Shown one piece after another: positions 9,618 to 19,953 of a DNA stretch of 64,000 nt. How positions within the stretch are numbered: position 1 is the first letter of the stretch; each line of letters begins with the position of its first letter. The translations under genes were made by a program, and so were the position numbers. Location of the stretch: positions 110,511-174,510 of IMG/VR virus record IMGVR_UViG_3300013102_000002. One strand, given 5' to 3'. The notes below the pieces were generated by a model. The model worked only from the letters and a program-made list of their open reading frames with translations, ran no database searches and was not told the DNA's origin. The stretch comes from a virus.

Positions 9618-10169
9618 ATGGATTATTTAGAAAATTTAAACATGCAATCTGAAATAAGTTCATTAAAAAGAAAATTAGAAGAATCGGAAGAACCGTCTTC
9701 TTCAACTCATGGAGCGATAATCTATGGTGAGATTAGAAGAAAAATCTATTACGGAGCGCATATATATAGCAGAGAAGGATCAATCACTAAAGTTGTTGAT
9801 ATGTCTATTTGCGAAGGAAGCGAGTTTGTTGAGTATAAAGAAATCTTCAGGGGAGACATTAGAAATCCAAGCCTTTCTGGAACAATAAAATTAAATATTG
9901 AGGACGAGAAAACAGCATACATAAAAGATAAAGTAAGAGATATCAAAGGAAATTTTCTATACTATACCAATTATATTATTGAGACAGTCGAAGATGAAAA
10001 AACTACTAAGTCTTTTGAAAAATTCAACAATGAAAAAGATGAATTGTGCAGAAGAGCGAATGAGCGTCTAAGAAACGGATTTGAGGACTTTATTACTGAT
10101 GAGGTAGTTACTAAAGAAAATTTTTGGAAACGATTGGTGAACATAATATTTAATGGGAAAGGAAGGTAG
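9618..10169 (+). CDS. hypothetical protein
   Basis: AAGGAGG SD after repeat site 9577. Confidence 0.75.
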   Translation: MDYLENLNMQSEISSLKRKLEESEEPSSSTHGAIIYGEIRRKIYYGAHIYSREGSITKVVDMSICEGSEFVEYKEIFRGDIRNPSLSGTIKLNIEDEKTAYIKDKVRDIKGNFLYYTNYIIETVEDEKTTKSFEKFNNEKDELCRRANERLRNGFEDFITDEVVTKENFWKRLVNIIFNGKGR

Positions 10170-10171
10170 GC

Positions 10172-10381
10172 ATGATTCCAACGTATACAAAAATCAAAGA
10201 AATGATTGAAGATGAGCGCCGTTCAATGCAAGAGAAGTACGGACACTATTGTAATTACGCACGAACACAAGGATATGAGCCAGTTACATATACAGCGTTT
10301 AAAGAGTCAAGAAAATATTTTGAAGGTGGAATTAAGAAGTTGACTCATATTATTCATGGAGGGATTAAGAATGAAAATTAG
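10172..10381 (+). CDS. hypothetical protein
   Basis: Coupled ORF. Confidence 0.6.
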   Translation: MIPTYTKIKEMIEDERRSMQEKYGHYCNYARTQGYEPVTYTAFKESRKYFEGGIKKLTHIIHGGIKNEN

Positions 10382-10745
10382 TGATTTTAGTGTTCCTTGC
10401 GAAATTATTCAATTTAATTTGACAAATAAATATATTGAATTAAAGACAGAATATGAATCATTATGGTGCGAGTTGAACGAACTGATGAAGAGTCAATCAA
10501 AGTTATATGACCAAATCAAGGACACGGTAAGTCCGTTAGACAGATATGGTCATCGTTATGCTTATACATATGAAGATTTCAAAAAGCGCAAAGCGTGGCG
10601 TGATGTATTAGTGCTACAGGATGTAATTAATCAAGCCGTTGAAAATGAAGCTATGGTTCAGGAGATCAATATGAAGTATATTGGAGTTGGTGAAAAAATA
10701 AAAAACATTTATAAGAAGTGCGGACTAAATCCTAAATGGGTTTAA
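10356..10745 (+). CDS. hypothetical protein (true start probably 10371)
   Basis: GGAGG SD. Confidence 0.65.
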   Translation: MEGLRMKISDFSVPCEIIQFNLTNKYIELKTEYESLWCELNELMKSQSKLYDQIKDTVSPLDRYGHRYAYTYEDFKKRKAWRDVLVLQDVINQAVENEAMVQEINMKYIGVGEKIKNIYKKCGLNPKWV

Positions 10746-10752
10746 AAGGAGA

Positions 10753-11208
10753 ATGTTTATGATTAAAATTATTGAAGGAAATTTACTTGAAGCATCTGAA
10801 GATATTATTGGGCATCAGGTGAATTGTCAAGCAGTAATGGGATCTGGTATCGCCAAATCTCTCAGAGATAAATACTCTAATTTATACCCATCCTATAAAC
10901 AATTTTGCCAAAATCATAATCCACATGATTTGCTTGGCAAGTGCCATATCATTAAAACAGGGGAAAAATATACTGCCAACATATTTGGGCAGTTGAATTA
11001 TGGCAGACAGAAAGTTAGATATACTGATTATGATGCTTTGAGGGAAGGTTTAATATCTCTTAAAGTTAGAGCAGTAAAACATAATTTAAGCGTTGCTCTT
11101 CCCTGGATGATTGGATGCGGATTGGCTAATGGAAGTTGGGATGTAGTTTATAAGATAATTGATGAGGTATTTGAGGATTGTGAAGTTACGTTATATAAAC
11201 TGAATTGA
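10753..11208 (+). CDS. macrodomain protein (Poa1p-like ADP-ribose binding/hydrolase)
   Basis: GNLL...IIGHQVNC..VMGSGIAK and ALPW.IGCGLANG.W motifs. Confidence 0.9.
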   Translation: MFMIKIIEGNLLEASEDIIGHQVNCQAVMGSGIAKSLRDKYSNLYPSYKQFCQNHNPHDLLGKCHIIKTGEKYTANIFGQLNYGRQKVRYTDYDALREGLISLKVRAVKHNLSVALPWMIGCGLANGSWDVVYKIIDEVFEDCEVTLYKLN

Positions 11209-11224
11209 GGAGATGGATTAAAAG

Positions 11225-11413
11225 ATGAAAATAATTAAAACTGACAACTTTGACAGAGATTATGTAAGTGACAAATTAGTTTGTGAGAACGTGAATCAGT
11301 ATTATGGAAAACATATTGTTGATTTTTTGAACAATAAATTTTCCGGTGATAACAGTTCTGATTTCTATAAATTGGTCGAAGACGGTCAAGAATTATATGT
11401 GTGGGAGCCATAA
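11225..11413 (+). CDS. hypothetical protein
   Basis: GAGGAG SD. Confidence 0.6.
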   Translation: MKIIKTDNFDRDYVSDKLVCENVNQYYGKHIVDFLNNKFSGDNSSDFYKLVEDGQELYVWEP

Positions 11414-11414
11414 A

Positions 11415-11639
11415 ATGTATAAAAAATGGATAATCAGAGAGGGCAAAAAGTACCTCATTTCTATTGAAGAAGAAACCGTTATGGTTAGAATTGGCGATTT
11501 CATCAAATTTAACATTGTTACAATTAAGAAAACTAGGATGTTATTTGGTTGGAAAATAATTTACAAGAATAAACATAAAGAGTCTACACTAACATTGAGC
11601 GAATTGGCTGAATTATCAATCGAGGATTGTTTTAAATGA
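11415..11639 (+). CDS. hypothetical protein
   Basis: Coupled ORF. Confidence 0.55.
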   Translation: MYKKWIIREGKKYLISIEEETVMVRIGDFIKFNIVTIKKTRMLFGWKIIYKNKHKESTLTLSELAELSIEDCFK

Positions 11640-11692
11640 CACGATGAAATGCGTGTTTTATTAATAAATAAAAATATATAGGAGATGAAATT

Positions 11693-11926
11693 ATGGATAA
11701 CGAACAAAAAGAACTACTTTTGAAGGAGAAAGAAGAATACAACTATGAATGTTTTGACTCGATGATGACTTCACTTTTTGATTTGGCAAGTGAATTACAT
11801 GACAAATTAGAAGAAAACAAAGAACTGACCAGTGCAGAAGTAGAGTTTTTGTTGAGTTTTGATCTATATGTTGATTCGGCATGTGAACTCAGTGATTCAG
11901 AGGAGGAATTGAAAAATGTTCAGTAA
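11693..11926 (+). CDS. hypothetical acidic protein
   Basis: AGGAG SD after repeat site 11644. Confidence 0.65.
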   Translation: MDNEQKELLLKEKEEYNYECFDSMMTSLFDLASELHDKLEENKELTSAEVEFLLSFDLYVDSACELSDSEEELKNVQ

Positions 11927-12137
11927 CGAAATTATTGTAAAAGGGAATTATGTATCTGGGACAATTAAGAAGAATGACGGCAATAAAGATACATCAAATC
12001 ATCCATACATACTGCATAGCGGGTTAAATTTTGGTGGACGTGGAGGAACAACTTGGACTGCCGATAAAATGAGAGAAATTATAGTTGAACTAGAAAATGT
12101 GATTATTGAAATGGATAAACAGAACGGAGTGAAGTAA
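11916..12137 (+). CDS. hypothetical protein
   Basis: GAGGAGG SD. Confidence 0.65.
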   Translation: MFSNEIIVKGNYVSGTIKKNDGNKDTSNHPYILHSGLNFGGRGGTTWTADKMREIIVELENVIIEMDKQNGVK

Positions 12138-12484
12138 TGACACAGGAAGAATTCGATAAAAAGTGTAAGGAGCCAGTTGATCTTGATAAAGTACATGAGG
12201 CATTGAAACGATTCATCGATAAACGAGGAAGAATGAGTGTTCCAGTTAATCCAGATGATGACGATATGTTAATTTGTAGATTGATGATTGAAGTCGAGAA
12301 GCATAGAAAGATAGAGAAATCAAAGGAAGAAGTTTATGTGGTCCAGGGGAGAAGTGGAATTGTATTTTCTGCCACAAATAATTATGAGGAGGCTTTGAGG
12401 GTTAAGGATGGCTTGAACGAGATCGAAAGCGATAGAGGAAGAATGAATCACTGGGAAAACAATAAATGTGTTTTGCAGGATTGA
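12137..12484 (+). CDS. hypothetical protein
   Basis: TAATG coupling. Confidence 0.65.
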   Translation: MTQEEFDKKCKEPVDLDKVHEALKRFIDKRGRMSVPVNPDDDDMLICRLMIEVEKHRKIEKSKEEVYVVQGRSGIVFSATNNYEEALRVKDGLNEIESDRGRMNHWENNKCVLQD

Positions 12485-12779
12485 TATAAAAAACAAGATC
12501 AAATACATATTTAAACAAAAACAAGGAGTGGTTGTTTTGGAAACTAGATGGAGTTTTTATGGAGAAAATGTAAAAGAGAAACTAGTTCCGAGTTTAGAAA
12601 GATACGGATTAAAATATGTAGAGCCTGATGGAAAGAATCGAGAATTTTATAATTTGGATCTGATTAGTTATAAGCAATACGAAGATTTAGAAACATTAGC
12701 TGAGACACTCGACTTAGTATTGCGCATCAGACACGGAGCAGAATGGTTGGCATGTTTATATTATGATCTGAGCAAATGA
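12468..12779 (+). CDS. hypothetical protein (start uncertain)
   Basis: ORF whose stop lies in repeat site 12771. Confidence 0.55.
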   Translation: MFCRIDIKNKIKYIFKQKQGVVVLETRWSFYGENVKEKLVPSLERYGLKYVEPDGKNREFYNLDLISYKQYEDLETLAETLDLVLRIRHGAEWLACLYYDLSK

Positions 12780-13002
12780 ACATTTCATAATGAAAGGAAA
12801 GAATGATGAGGTGTATAACATGAGAGTTCCTGCCGAATCTTTAAAGAAGTCTCTTGAAGACATGAAACAAATTCGTCAAGGCAAACAACCTAGAAAAACG
12901 TGGGATGATTATTTAAAGGAACAAAAGGAAAATATGAAATCATCTGACACATTAATGAAGGGAATATGAGTAAAAAAAATACATAAAATCAAAGGAGAAA
13001 AA

Positions 13003-13305
13003 ATGAAGGAACATCTCTTAAATGATATTGAAGCTATGGTTCTAGCGGCAAAGGGAGGACTTTGGACTGCCGAGTATGAGATGAAAGAAAGAGCATCGGT
13101 AATTATTCCAGAATTGTTGGATGCTTTAAAGTATGAAATGGGTAAAGATAAAGATACTTATTGGAGTAAAGAGAGTAGATACCAAGACAAGGTTTCAAAA
13201 GTATTTGCACAAGCAGATGAAATTAGAGAACTAAGGACCACCGTAGAAGAATTGCAACATCGACTAGATCGGATAATTAATGCTTCAGGTATTAATTACA
13301 TGTAG
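13003..13305 (+). CDS. hypothetical protein
   Basis: AAGGAG SD. Confidence 0.7.
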   Translation: MKEHLLNDIEAMVLAAKGGLWTAEYEMKERASVIIPELLDALKYEMGKDKDTYWSKESRYQDKVSKVFAQADEIRELRTTVEELQHRLDRIINASGINYM

Positions 13306-13642
13306 AAGAGGAGTTTTAAATTGAGTTGGTATTTAGTAATTGACCGTGAGGACGTAGTGATGGTTATAGAAAATGAACCGCAGATAAGTGAAGTCATCAC
13401 AGATCAGGAAATAGGGAAAGTGTACACCGTATATGAGAAGTCAAAAGAAAGCAGGGTTGTTTTTGTGACCGAATACTTTAGAGAGGATGAAGAAAAATGA
13501 AATTCAATTGGTTGAAACAACAGATTATTGTTCCTATCCCACTGTTTTTGAATGAGAACGGGATAGATAAGACTTCAGAATTGGTGAGTGTAGAAATACA
13601 AGGAGATAAAGTAGTCATTACCTACAAAGACGGTGATAAGCA

Positions 13643-13936
13643 ATGACCAAACCACATTCCTGTTTCAACTGTCACCACATCATTGATGACTGCGAATATG
13701 GCGACTATGGAACCACCCTATCCACTCACTGGGAATGTGGCAAGCGCGGAGAAGAACTGCCAGAGGATGCAGACTTCCCGTTCGATATAGCACCAAAGGA
13801 ATGCTTCAGGATGGATTTCTGGCACAGTGAGTTCTGCTTAGAACTGAAAGACGGAAGTCAAGAAGAAATGAACAAGGTGTATGCTAAATATGAAGAATGG
13901 TGCAAACAGGAATACGCTGCTGTTTCAAACAAGTAG
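13643..13936 (+). CDS. hypothetical Cys-rich protein
   Basis: CFNCHH motif; locally higher GC. Confidence 0.65.
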   Translation: MTKPHSCFNCHHIIDDCEYGDYGTTLSTHWECGKRGEELPEDADFPFDIAPKECFRMDFWHSEFCLELKDGSQEEMNKVYAKYEEWCKQEYAAVSNK

Positions 13937-14047
13937 GCACGATGTGCAATCATTACTCTGCGAATGACATATGAAATAAATATATAATGTGATTAAAACA
14001 AACAATAAAATTTTTATCATTAATAAAACAAGAAGAAGAGGTGAAAA

Positions 14048-14329
14048 ATGAAACAACACATATCTCCAATGCAAGCAAGAGAAGTGACAGAGGAGCAGTT
14101 TTATTCTTTTTATCCAGAGGGTGAATTAGTAAGGCGAAAAGATTGGGCTACATATCATCACAAGAAAATGACTATCGGTAAGATGATTGAGATCATGACT
14201 AATAAAGGACATAAGATAACCATTGATAACTGTACCCCATGCTCAGTTAAGGATTATATGATCGATAAAGAGTACTGCCAAATGAGCGTATGCGATACGC
14301 TTTGGGATGCGGTCAAAGGTTGTATTTAA
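14048..14329 (+). CDS. hypothetical protein
   Basis: GAGGTG SD. Confidence 0.7.
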   Translation: MKQHISPMQAREVTEEQFYSFYPEGELVRRKDWATYHHKKMTIGKMIEIMTNKGHKITIDNCTPCSVKDYMIDKEYCQMSVCDTLWDAVKGCI

Positions 14330-14547
14330 ATAGATTTTAGAGGGGGATACACCAACTGTTGAATCTTTAGCGATGGACTATATGTTCTATTCACAATATT
14401 TGAGAGAGGATGAGTGATAATAATGCCATATATGCCAGATTTACACTATTGCTGTGTATGCAAAGAATATCTGGGGCCAGATAATGGTGATGGTATTTGT
14501 TTGGATTGTGATACTGAAGAAGAAATCAATATCGAGGAGGAAACTAA

Positions 14548-14910
14548 TTGACACTAACAAAAGAGGTGGTCCTAGCTCAAGTCCCAGGTAGAACACTTGA
14601 TATAATGGTTGCCGAAGAAGTTATGGGATTCAGATATAAATATGTTGAGCGTTATAACGTGTTCATGTGGGTTAAATCGGAAACCGAATGTACTTCGTGG
14701 TTTCCAGCATCAACCGACATAGCTGTAGCATGGGAAGTTGTGGAGAAGATGAGAGAAATGGGCGTATATCTTAATATTCACGCCGATAAAGACACTTACT
14801 ACGTTCTTGGATTAGTAAGTTCTGAATCTGCTCCGGAAGCAATTTGTAAGGCTGCTTTAATCGCAATCATATATATGAAAAATGATGCTAATAATCGACA
14901 ACCTGTATGA
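14548..14910 (+). CDS. phage ABA-sandwich (BC1872-like) domain protein
   Basis: LD..VAEEVMG...STDIAVAWEVVEKM...APEAICKAAL pattern. Confidence 0.7.
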   Translation: MTLTKEVVLAQVPGRTLDIMVAEEVMGFRYKYVERYNVFMWVKSETECTSWFPASTDIAVAWEVVEKMREMGVYLNIHADKDTYYVLGLVSSESAPEAICKAALIAIIYMKNDANNRQPV

Positions 14911-14913
14911 CAT

Positions 14914-15123
14914 TTATTCATACCAATCATTAAAGTCGTCTCTATAAAAAATTGGAGGGATGAAGCGAGTACTCCAACCACATTTTTCACATTTTAAAAT
15001 AACTTCATTATTAACCATCATAGGTACTATCTTTCCGTGTACATAGACTGAACTACATCTCATCATTCTGTCATCATTTTTTTGGAATATGTTTATTCTG
15101 TCAATTAAGATTTGGTTGTCCAT
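14914..15123 (-). CDS. hypothetical zinc-ribbon protein on the opposite strand
   Basis: GGAGG SD on the minus strand; C...H and CEKC. Confidence 0.6.
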   Translation of the reverse strand: MDNQILIDRINIFQKNDDRMMRCSSVYVHGKIVPMMVNNEVILKCEKCGWSTRFIPPIFYRDDFNDWYE

Positions 15124-15230
15124 AATACATCTTTCCTCCAAACGATCAAATTAATTAACTACATACAATTCTACACAAGAAAAAAATAAATGCAAATTCT
15201 AAGATTGGGAAATTGTAGGAGGAATAAATC

Positions 15231-15653
15231 ATAAAAATACTTGAATGTTCATCCAAAGGAGATAAGCGTTTTTCTGCATTTTACGCTAAAGTTAAAGCAT
15301 GGGGAAGATATGACAGTATAGAAAACCATTATCAACTCGCTAAACGATTTGGAGATTATAAACCTACATCATGGAAAGATGCCAAGGGAAAGCAACCAAC
15401 GCATATTGAGTTGAATGGAAAGCAGTATGAATTACGCTTTCTGTCTCAATGGTATCAAATGCTATGGGTAAATTACCTGGATAACAATCCTGATCTGGTT
15501 GAATATGCAAAAGGATTTGATGAATTCAATGATATTTTCAAAGGTAAAAGTTTGAACTGTCAGGCTGACGTTGTGAGACAATACATAAAACAAGGAAGGC
15601 AATCCCTGGTTGATGAGTACCAGGAGTTAATGGATTTGTTTAAGAAAAAATGA
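15231..15653 (+). CDS. hypothetical phage protein (possibly NADAR-related); probable ATA start
   Basis: Frame open from ATA 15231 after the GGAGGA SD: IKILECSSKGDKRFSAFYAKV...IENHYQ. Confidence 0.65.
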   Translation: MKILECSSKGDKRFSAFYAKVKAWGRYDSIENHYQLAKRFGDYKPTSWKDAKGKQPTHIELNGKQYELRFLSQWYQMLWVNYLDNNPDLVEYAKGFDEFNDIFKGKSLNCQADVVRQYIKQGRQSLVDEYQELMDLFKKK

Positions 15654-15664
15654 AGATTTGAGAG

Positions 15665-16279
15665 GTGAACATTATTAAAATTGCAGGGATTAGTATTAAT
15701 CTGAAGAATCGTGAAAAGTGGGTTGCAATTATTGGTTCTAGAAACGCCACAACAGATGAACTTAAAACAGCATTTAATTTTTCATTCAACCTTGCTTCTC
15801 AAGGATACATAATTGTTTCAGGACTTGCCAAAGGAATTGATGCTGCTGCACACAAAGGGGCAATTGCAGCAAAAGGAAAAACAGTAGCATTGGTGAATGC
15901 ACCAATCGAACAAGATATTTATCCTTGGCAGAATAGAAGTCTTGCCGAACAAATTAAGCAATTTGGATGTATCATTCATCCGTTCACTGGTAAGGCAACA
16001 GAGGACAATGAAAAGGGCTTGAGCCAATTTTCTAAGCGTCTGATCGAACGAGATAGACTTCTGGCAAGACTGTGTCCCAAAGTCGTTACAGTTAAGAATG
16101 AGGGAGTTATTGATGGCGGTACACGATATGGTATGACTTATGGCAAACAGTATGATCAAGATGTTTATCGTTATGATAACCAGATGACGCTACACAAAAA
16201 CCCCGAAGTCAAAGAGGGTAAGATTTGGTGGAATATGGAGTTAGATATTGAAGGTTTGATTGACGAATATTTCTCATAA
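15665..16279 (+). CDS. DprA/Smf-like SLOG-domain protein
   Basis: VAIIGSR, IVSGLAKGIDAAAH.GA, ERDR and GGT motifs. Confidence 0.85.
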   Translation: MNIIKIAGISINLKNREKWVAIIGSRNATTDELKTAFNFSFNLASQGYIIVSGLAKGIDAAAHKGAIAAKGKTVALVNAPIEQDIYPWQNRSLAEQIKQFGCIIHPFTGKATEDNEKGLSQFSKRLIERDRLLARLCPKVVTVKNEGVIDGGTRYGMTYGKQYDQDVYRYDNQMTLHKNPEVKEGKIWWNMELDIEGLIDEYFS

Positions 16280-16357
16280 AATTGGGCTTTCATCAGAAAA
16301 TAAGTTGAGTAAAACAGAGCAATTAAGAGTATTTAAGAGATACTGGGAGGTTCTATT

Positions 16358-16780
16358 TTGAATAATTTAAGTCAGGCTATTTGCATAGCTACAACAGCTC
16401 ATACTGGTCAATTTGATAAAGGTGGTAATCCTTATATCCTTCATCCATTAAGAATTATGCTGAAAATGGATTCCAATGAAGAAAGAATAGTTGCCGTTCT
16501 TCATGATGTAATTGAAGATACTAATGTTTTAATTAGCGAATTAAGAAAAGTTTTCTTTGATGAAATTGCAAATGCCATTCTAGCACTAACAAGAAATCAT
16601 AATGAATCCTATATAGACTTTATTAGACGTTGTAAACAAAATGATTTGGCCCGTAAAGTTAAAATTGCTGATATTGAAGACAATATGGATTTGAGTCGGA
16701 TTGATAATCCAACAGAAGAGGATTATAAGCGAGTTAAAAAATACGAAAAGGCGTGGAGGGAATTGAATAAAAATGACTAA
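16358..16780 (+). CDS. stand-alone HD-domain hydrolase (RelA/SpoT-HD, Mesh1-like)
   Basis: AH.GQ.DKGG.PYILHP, LHDVIEDT and VKIADIEDN motifs. Confidence 0.85.
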   Translation: MNNLSQAICIATTAHTGQFDKGGNPYILHPLRIMLKMDSNEERIVAVLHDVIEDTNVLISELRKVFFDEIANAILALTRNHNESYIDFIRRCKQNDLARKVKIADIEDNMDLSRIDNPTEEDYKRVKKYEKAWRELNKND

Positions 16781-17066
16781 CAGACTATTGGCAATCGGAT
16801 TTATTGTGGTTAGTGCACTAACATTAAGTGGATGCAAAAACGATGTTAAAACTGTTTATAATCAAACATACATAGAAACGGTTAGTACGCAAAAAGGTGA
16901 TGTCATGATCTTCAAAAACGAAGAAGGGTTTAAATACGGTTATATATTAGATCCGAGTGATTCTTTTAAGGTTTCAAAAAATAAAGTATATGATTTACAG
17001 GTGTCAGTTGAAACGTTGTTTACTTCATATGGAGGATTCATAAAAGGCGTTGATGAAAATAAATAA
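16773..17066 (+). CDS. putative lipoprotein
   Basis: Hydrophobic signal peptide with LSGC lipobox. Confidence 0.7.
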   Translation: MTNRLLAIGFIVVSALTLSGCKNDVKTVYNQTYIETVSTQKGDVMIFKNEEGFKYGYILDPSDSFKVSKNKVYDLQVSVETLFTSYGGFIKGVDENK

Positions 17067-17101
17067 TGATAAAAATCAAAATATTAAAAGGAGTAAAAAT
17101 A

Positions 17102-17404
17102 ATGAAAAAGATAAGTAAATTAAAGAAACAATCTCAGAACAATGTATATAACTTTCCACCCAAAACAGATTTAGAATTTCGTATACATATGAAGACTAAT
17201 TCCCAAGGCAATAAAATAATCATCTGCTTTGAGTTACCTAATGGAGAGCAGCATATTAGAAATTATGGCGATATTCCTTCACATAATTTATTAATTCCAT
17301 TCGAATCACAATTATTTGAGCTTTATCTTGATGAAGGATATCAAGGAAAATACAAATTGCTCACGGCAACTCGTGACGCATTTACGTATGATAAGGTAGA
17401 ATAG
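17102..17404 (+). CDS. hypothetical protein
   Basis: AAGGAG SD. Confidence 0.6.
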   Translation: MKKISKLKKQSQNNVYNFPPKTDLEFRIHMKTNSQGNKIIICFELPNGEQHIRNYGDIPSHNLLIPFESQLFELYLDEGYQGKYKLLTATRDAFTYDKVE

Positions 17405-17429
17405 ACATATAAACATCATGATCAACTTA

Positions 17430-17456
17430 GGCCGTCTAATTATAGGCGGTCATTTT
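17430..17456 (+). terminator. probable intrinsic terminator
   Basis: GGCCGTCTA-ATTA-TAGGCGGTC hairpin followed by ATTTT. Confidence 0.55.
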
Positions 17457-17477
17457 GAGTAAATAAATTTAAAGTGC

Positions 17478-17506
17478 TTGCTTTTAATGAATAAATATAT
17501 TAAAAT
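17478..17506 (+). promoter_or_regulatory. sigma-A-like promoter with TTTAATGAATAAATAT box in the spacer
   Basis: TTGCTT-17 bp-TAAAAT. Confidence 0.65.
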
Positions 17507-17596
17507 AATAAGTGTAAAGAAGATGTGATTAGTGATAAGCAGCAGGAAAATACATATGATTTGTGGAATATTATAATGGTGGAGGAGATTTAATTT

Positions 17597-17794
17597 ATGA
17601 AAACAACACGAAGAAAAGCAAGAGATTTTAAAATTGGCGAAGAAGTAATTCATCGTAGTCATGGTAAGGGAACTGTGTTCTCGTATGATCGGGTTTACGA
17701 AGATGATATCTATATTGATTTTGATGTGCAACCTGTTGGATGGGATAAAATTCTGTGTGTGACAGCGAATTTATTAAAAAAAGTCGGTGAATAA
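17597..17794 (+). CDS. small SH3-like/CarD-like barrel protein
   Basis: FKIGEEVIH..HGKGTV pattern; GGAGGAG SD. Confidence 0.55.
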   Translation: MKTTRRKARDFKIGEEVIHRSHGKGTVFSYDRVYEDDIYIDFDVQPVGWDKILCVTANLLKKVGE

Positions 17795-17797
17795 GGG

Positions 17798-17986
17798 TTG
17801 CTAAAATCAAAAAAATATCCCAGTTTTGATGAAGCCATTCAGAATTTAGAGAAGTCAGGTGAATTAAAATTCTTTGGTCGTGAAGGTGTAATGGCAGATG
17901 GGTATGTGTATCAGTATTGGAGTAATGGGATAATGCAAGTGATTGTGGTTTATACAAATGGAAAACTGGTAGTTGTAGGAGAGTAA
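17798..17986 (+). CDS. hypothetical protein
   Basis: Co-oriented ORF. Confidence 0.55.
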   Translation: MLKSKKYPSFDEAIQNLEKSGELKFFGREGVMADGYVYQYWSNGIMQVIVVYTNGKLVVVGE

Positions 17987-18016
17987 TTAAGTGAAACAAA
18001 ATTAAAAAAAGGAGAT

Positions 18017-18589
18017 TTGATTGGGATTAACAATAGAAAATTTAACGATTATACCGTTGATGGAGATGTGACATATATTCATGTGCTAAATAGAAAGAAA
18101 GAAAAGTTTGATATACTGATCGATACTGAAGATTTGCAGAAACTGATTGATCTCGATTGTTACTGGCATGTTGCTTTCAATCCAAAAATAAAAGGATATT
18201 ATGCACAAGCTTCGGTATATATGGGTATAGTCAACAAGAAGCCAAAATATAAAACGATGTATCTACATAGAGTAATTCTTGACGCGAGTGAAAATGATGG
18301 AAAGTATGTGCACCATAAAAATCATACAAAGACTCTGGATAATAGAAAGGAAAATCTGGCAGCAACAAATAACGAAAATAATTCTAAAGACAGAAAAGGT
18401 AAAAATGAGAATAACAAATCTGGATACAGAAATGTTTGTTGGTTGAAAAACGAAAAGAAATGGGTTGTACAATTGCAAATTAAAGGCGTTAATACTCGAC
18501 TTTCATTTTTCGATGATGTTCATGAAGCAGGAAGATATGCCGAAGAGATGAGGAAGAAATATTACGGAGAGTTTGCTGGGAAAAATTAG
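18017..18589 (+). CDS. HNH endonuclease with C-terminal AP2 domain (homing-type)
   Basis: YLHRVI...VHHKN...LDNRKENL...N, then NKSGYRNV.W....KW and YGEFA. Confidence 0.85.
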   Translation: MIGINNRKFNDYTVDGDVTYIHVLNRKKEKFDILIDTEDLQKLIDLDCYWHVAFNPKIKGYYAQASVYMGIVNKKPKYKTMYLHRVILDASENDGKYVHHKNHTKTLDNRKENLAATNNENNSKDRKGKNENNKSGYRNVCWLKNEKKWVVQLQIKGVNTRLSFFDDVHEAGRYAEEMRKKYYGEFAGKN

Positions 18590-18805
18590 TTGGAATTCAT
18601 GGGAGGAGGTATAGAAATTGGCCGGAAAATCGATCTACTTCACGGATAAAGAGTTGAAAATGATTAGAGATGCTTTTGATCAATATAACTACTCTTTTGA
18701 GGGTGATGATCTCACCGATGAAGAGACTGAAGAAAAATATTCTTTGGCAGAAAGTATTCGAAACAAAGTAAAACGATGACCTATTAAAAACATTCTTTCA
18801 TAAAG

Positions 18806-19483
18806 ATGGGGGTGCGAAATTATATGGCAACACATTTCGGAGTAAAGGTACTCAATAGAGAGGGAGAGTTAAAGCTAACCGCTGATAATTATGTGAGAAA
18901 AATTGATAAAGATAATGTCGTTTCGTCAGATGAAGTAAAACTTAAGTTAGAAAAAGTCATGACTCGATTCAATCTTAATATGAACGACTTCAAGTCGTTG
19001 TCCAGGAAAAAATTTAATGAAGAACTAGATAAGTTCATCAACAAAAATAAATTTTATGAGATCAAAGACCTCAATTCTGTAGCTGGTATTTATGGACACT
19101 ATGTAATGGTCTTAGACGAGTATTGTCAAGTTTATATAGGAACTGCTAGTCGTAACGAGGGCATAAAAGCAAGGATACCTCAACATTGGAGAGAGAAATT
19201 ATCCTTAGTTCAACTTGACAGGGGCGAATATGGTTCTCTACATATAGATAGTTTTAGAGCTATGGATACCACCAGGATTTTTGTGTGGCGCGATGATGAA
19301 TGTACTTTTTTCGAGGATTACACGTTTAACGAGCTTTGCGAAGGTAAATTAGTTGCCCAATTTCCTATAGATTATTGCTTGAATTCAGTCATGAATAATA
19401 TACCAAAAGAGTTTTTCCATAAGAGAATGAGAGATCGGGATTTAAGGGATTTAAGGGTATATGGCAAGAATCATAAAGCGTAG
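18806..19483 (+). CDS. GIY-YIG-like nuclease domain protein
   Basis: GIY..YVMVLDEYCQVYIG...I..RI..H. Confidence 0.55.
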   Translation: MGVRNYMATHFGVKVLNREGELKLTADNYVRKIDKDNVVSSDEVKLKLEKVMTRFNLNMNDFKSLSRKKFNEELDKFINKNKFYEIKDLNSVAGIYGHYVMVLDEYCQVYIGTASRNEGIKARIPQHWREKLSLVQLDRGEYGSLHIDSFRAMDTTRIFVWRDDECTFFEDYTFNELCEGKLVAQFPIDYCLNSVMNNIPKEFFHKRMRDRDLRDLRVYGKNHKA

Positions 19484-19541
19484 TCATTAGCTAGATATGA
19501 TCAAGGAACCATGAGGTTATGAAATGTGAATTTTACGGGGA

Positions 19542-19748
19542 GTGATATATGTGGGTTTAAGACCGAAAGAAGATCAGAGAATTAAGTTTTGTCAATTTGG
19601 TACAGCAGAAATTCGCATTGGCACAGTAAAGCGTATTCTAAGACCGGAGTTTTATCGTCACTTAAAGAGAGTGCAGTATCTTGTTGAATGTGACGGTGAA
19701 CAACTACATATAGAACCACATGAAATGATTGAGTATGTATCCAAATGA
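19542..19748 (+). CDS. hypothetical protein
   Basis: Bounded by repeat sites 19519 and 19745. Confidence 0.6.
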   Translation: MIYVGLRPKEDQRIKFCQFGTAEIRIGTVKRILRPEFYRHLKRVQYLVECDGEQLHIEPHEMIEYVSK

Positions 19749-19953
19749 AATATGACTTTCACGAAGAAATGGAAGGAGAAATATAATGATTGAAATTACA
19801 AAGGAAGAATACGACATTATTAAAAGAATTCTAATTGATGGAACAGGTGATGCTATAGTGAATATAACCGATGGATCAAGAAGAGCTGTAATTATTATGG
19901 AAGATGCTTTTGAAGAAAATTAAACTTAACTAGAGAGGAGAGGAAGATACACA

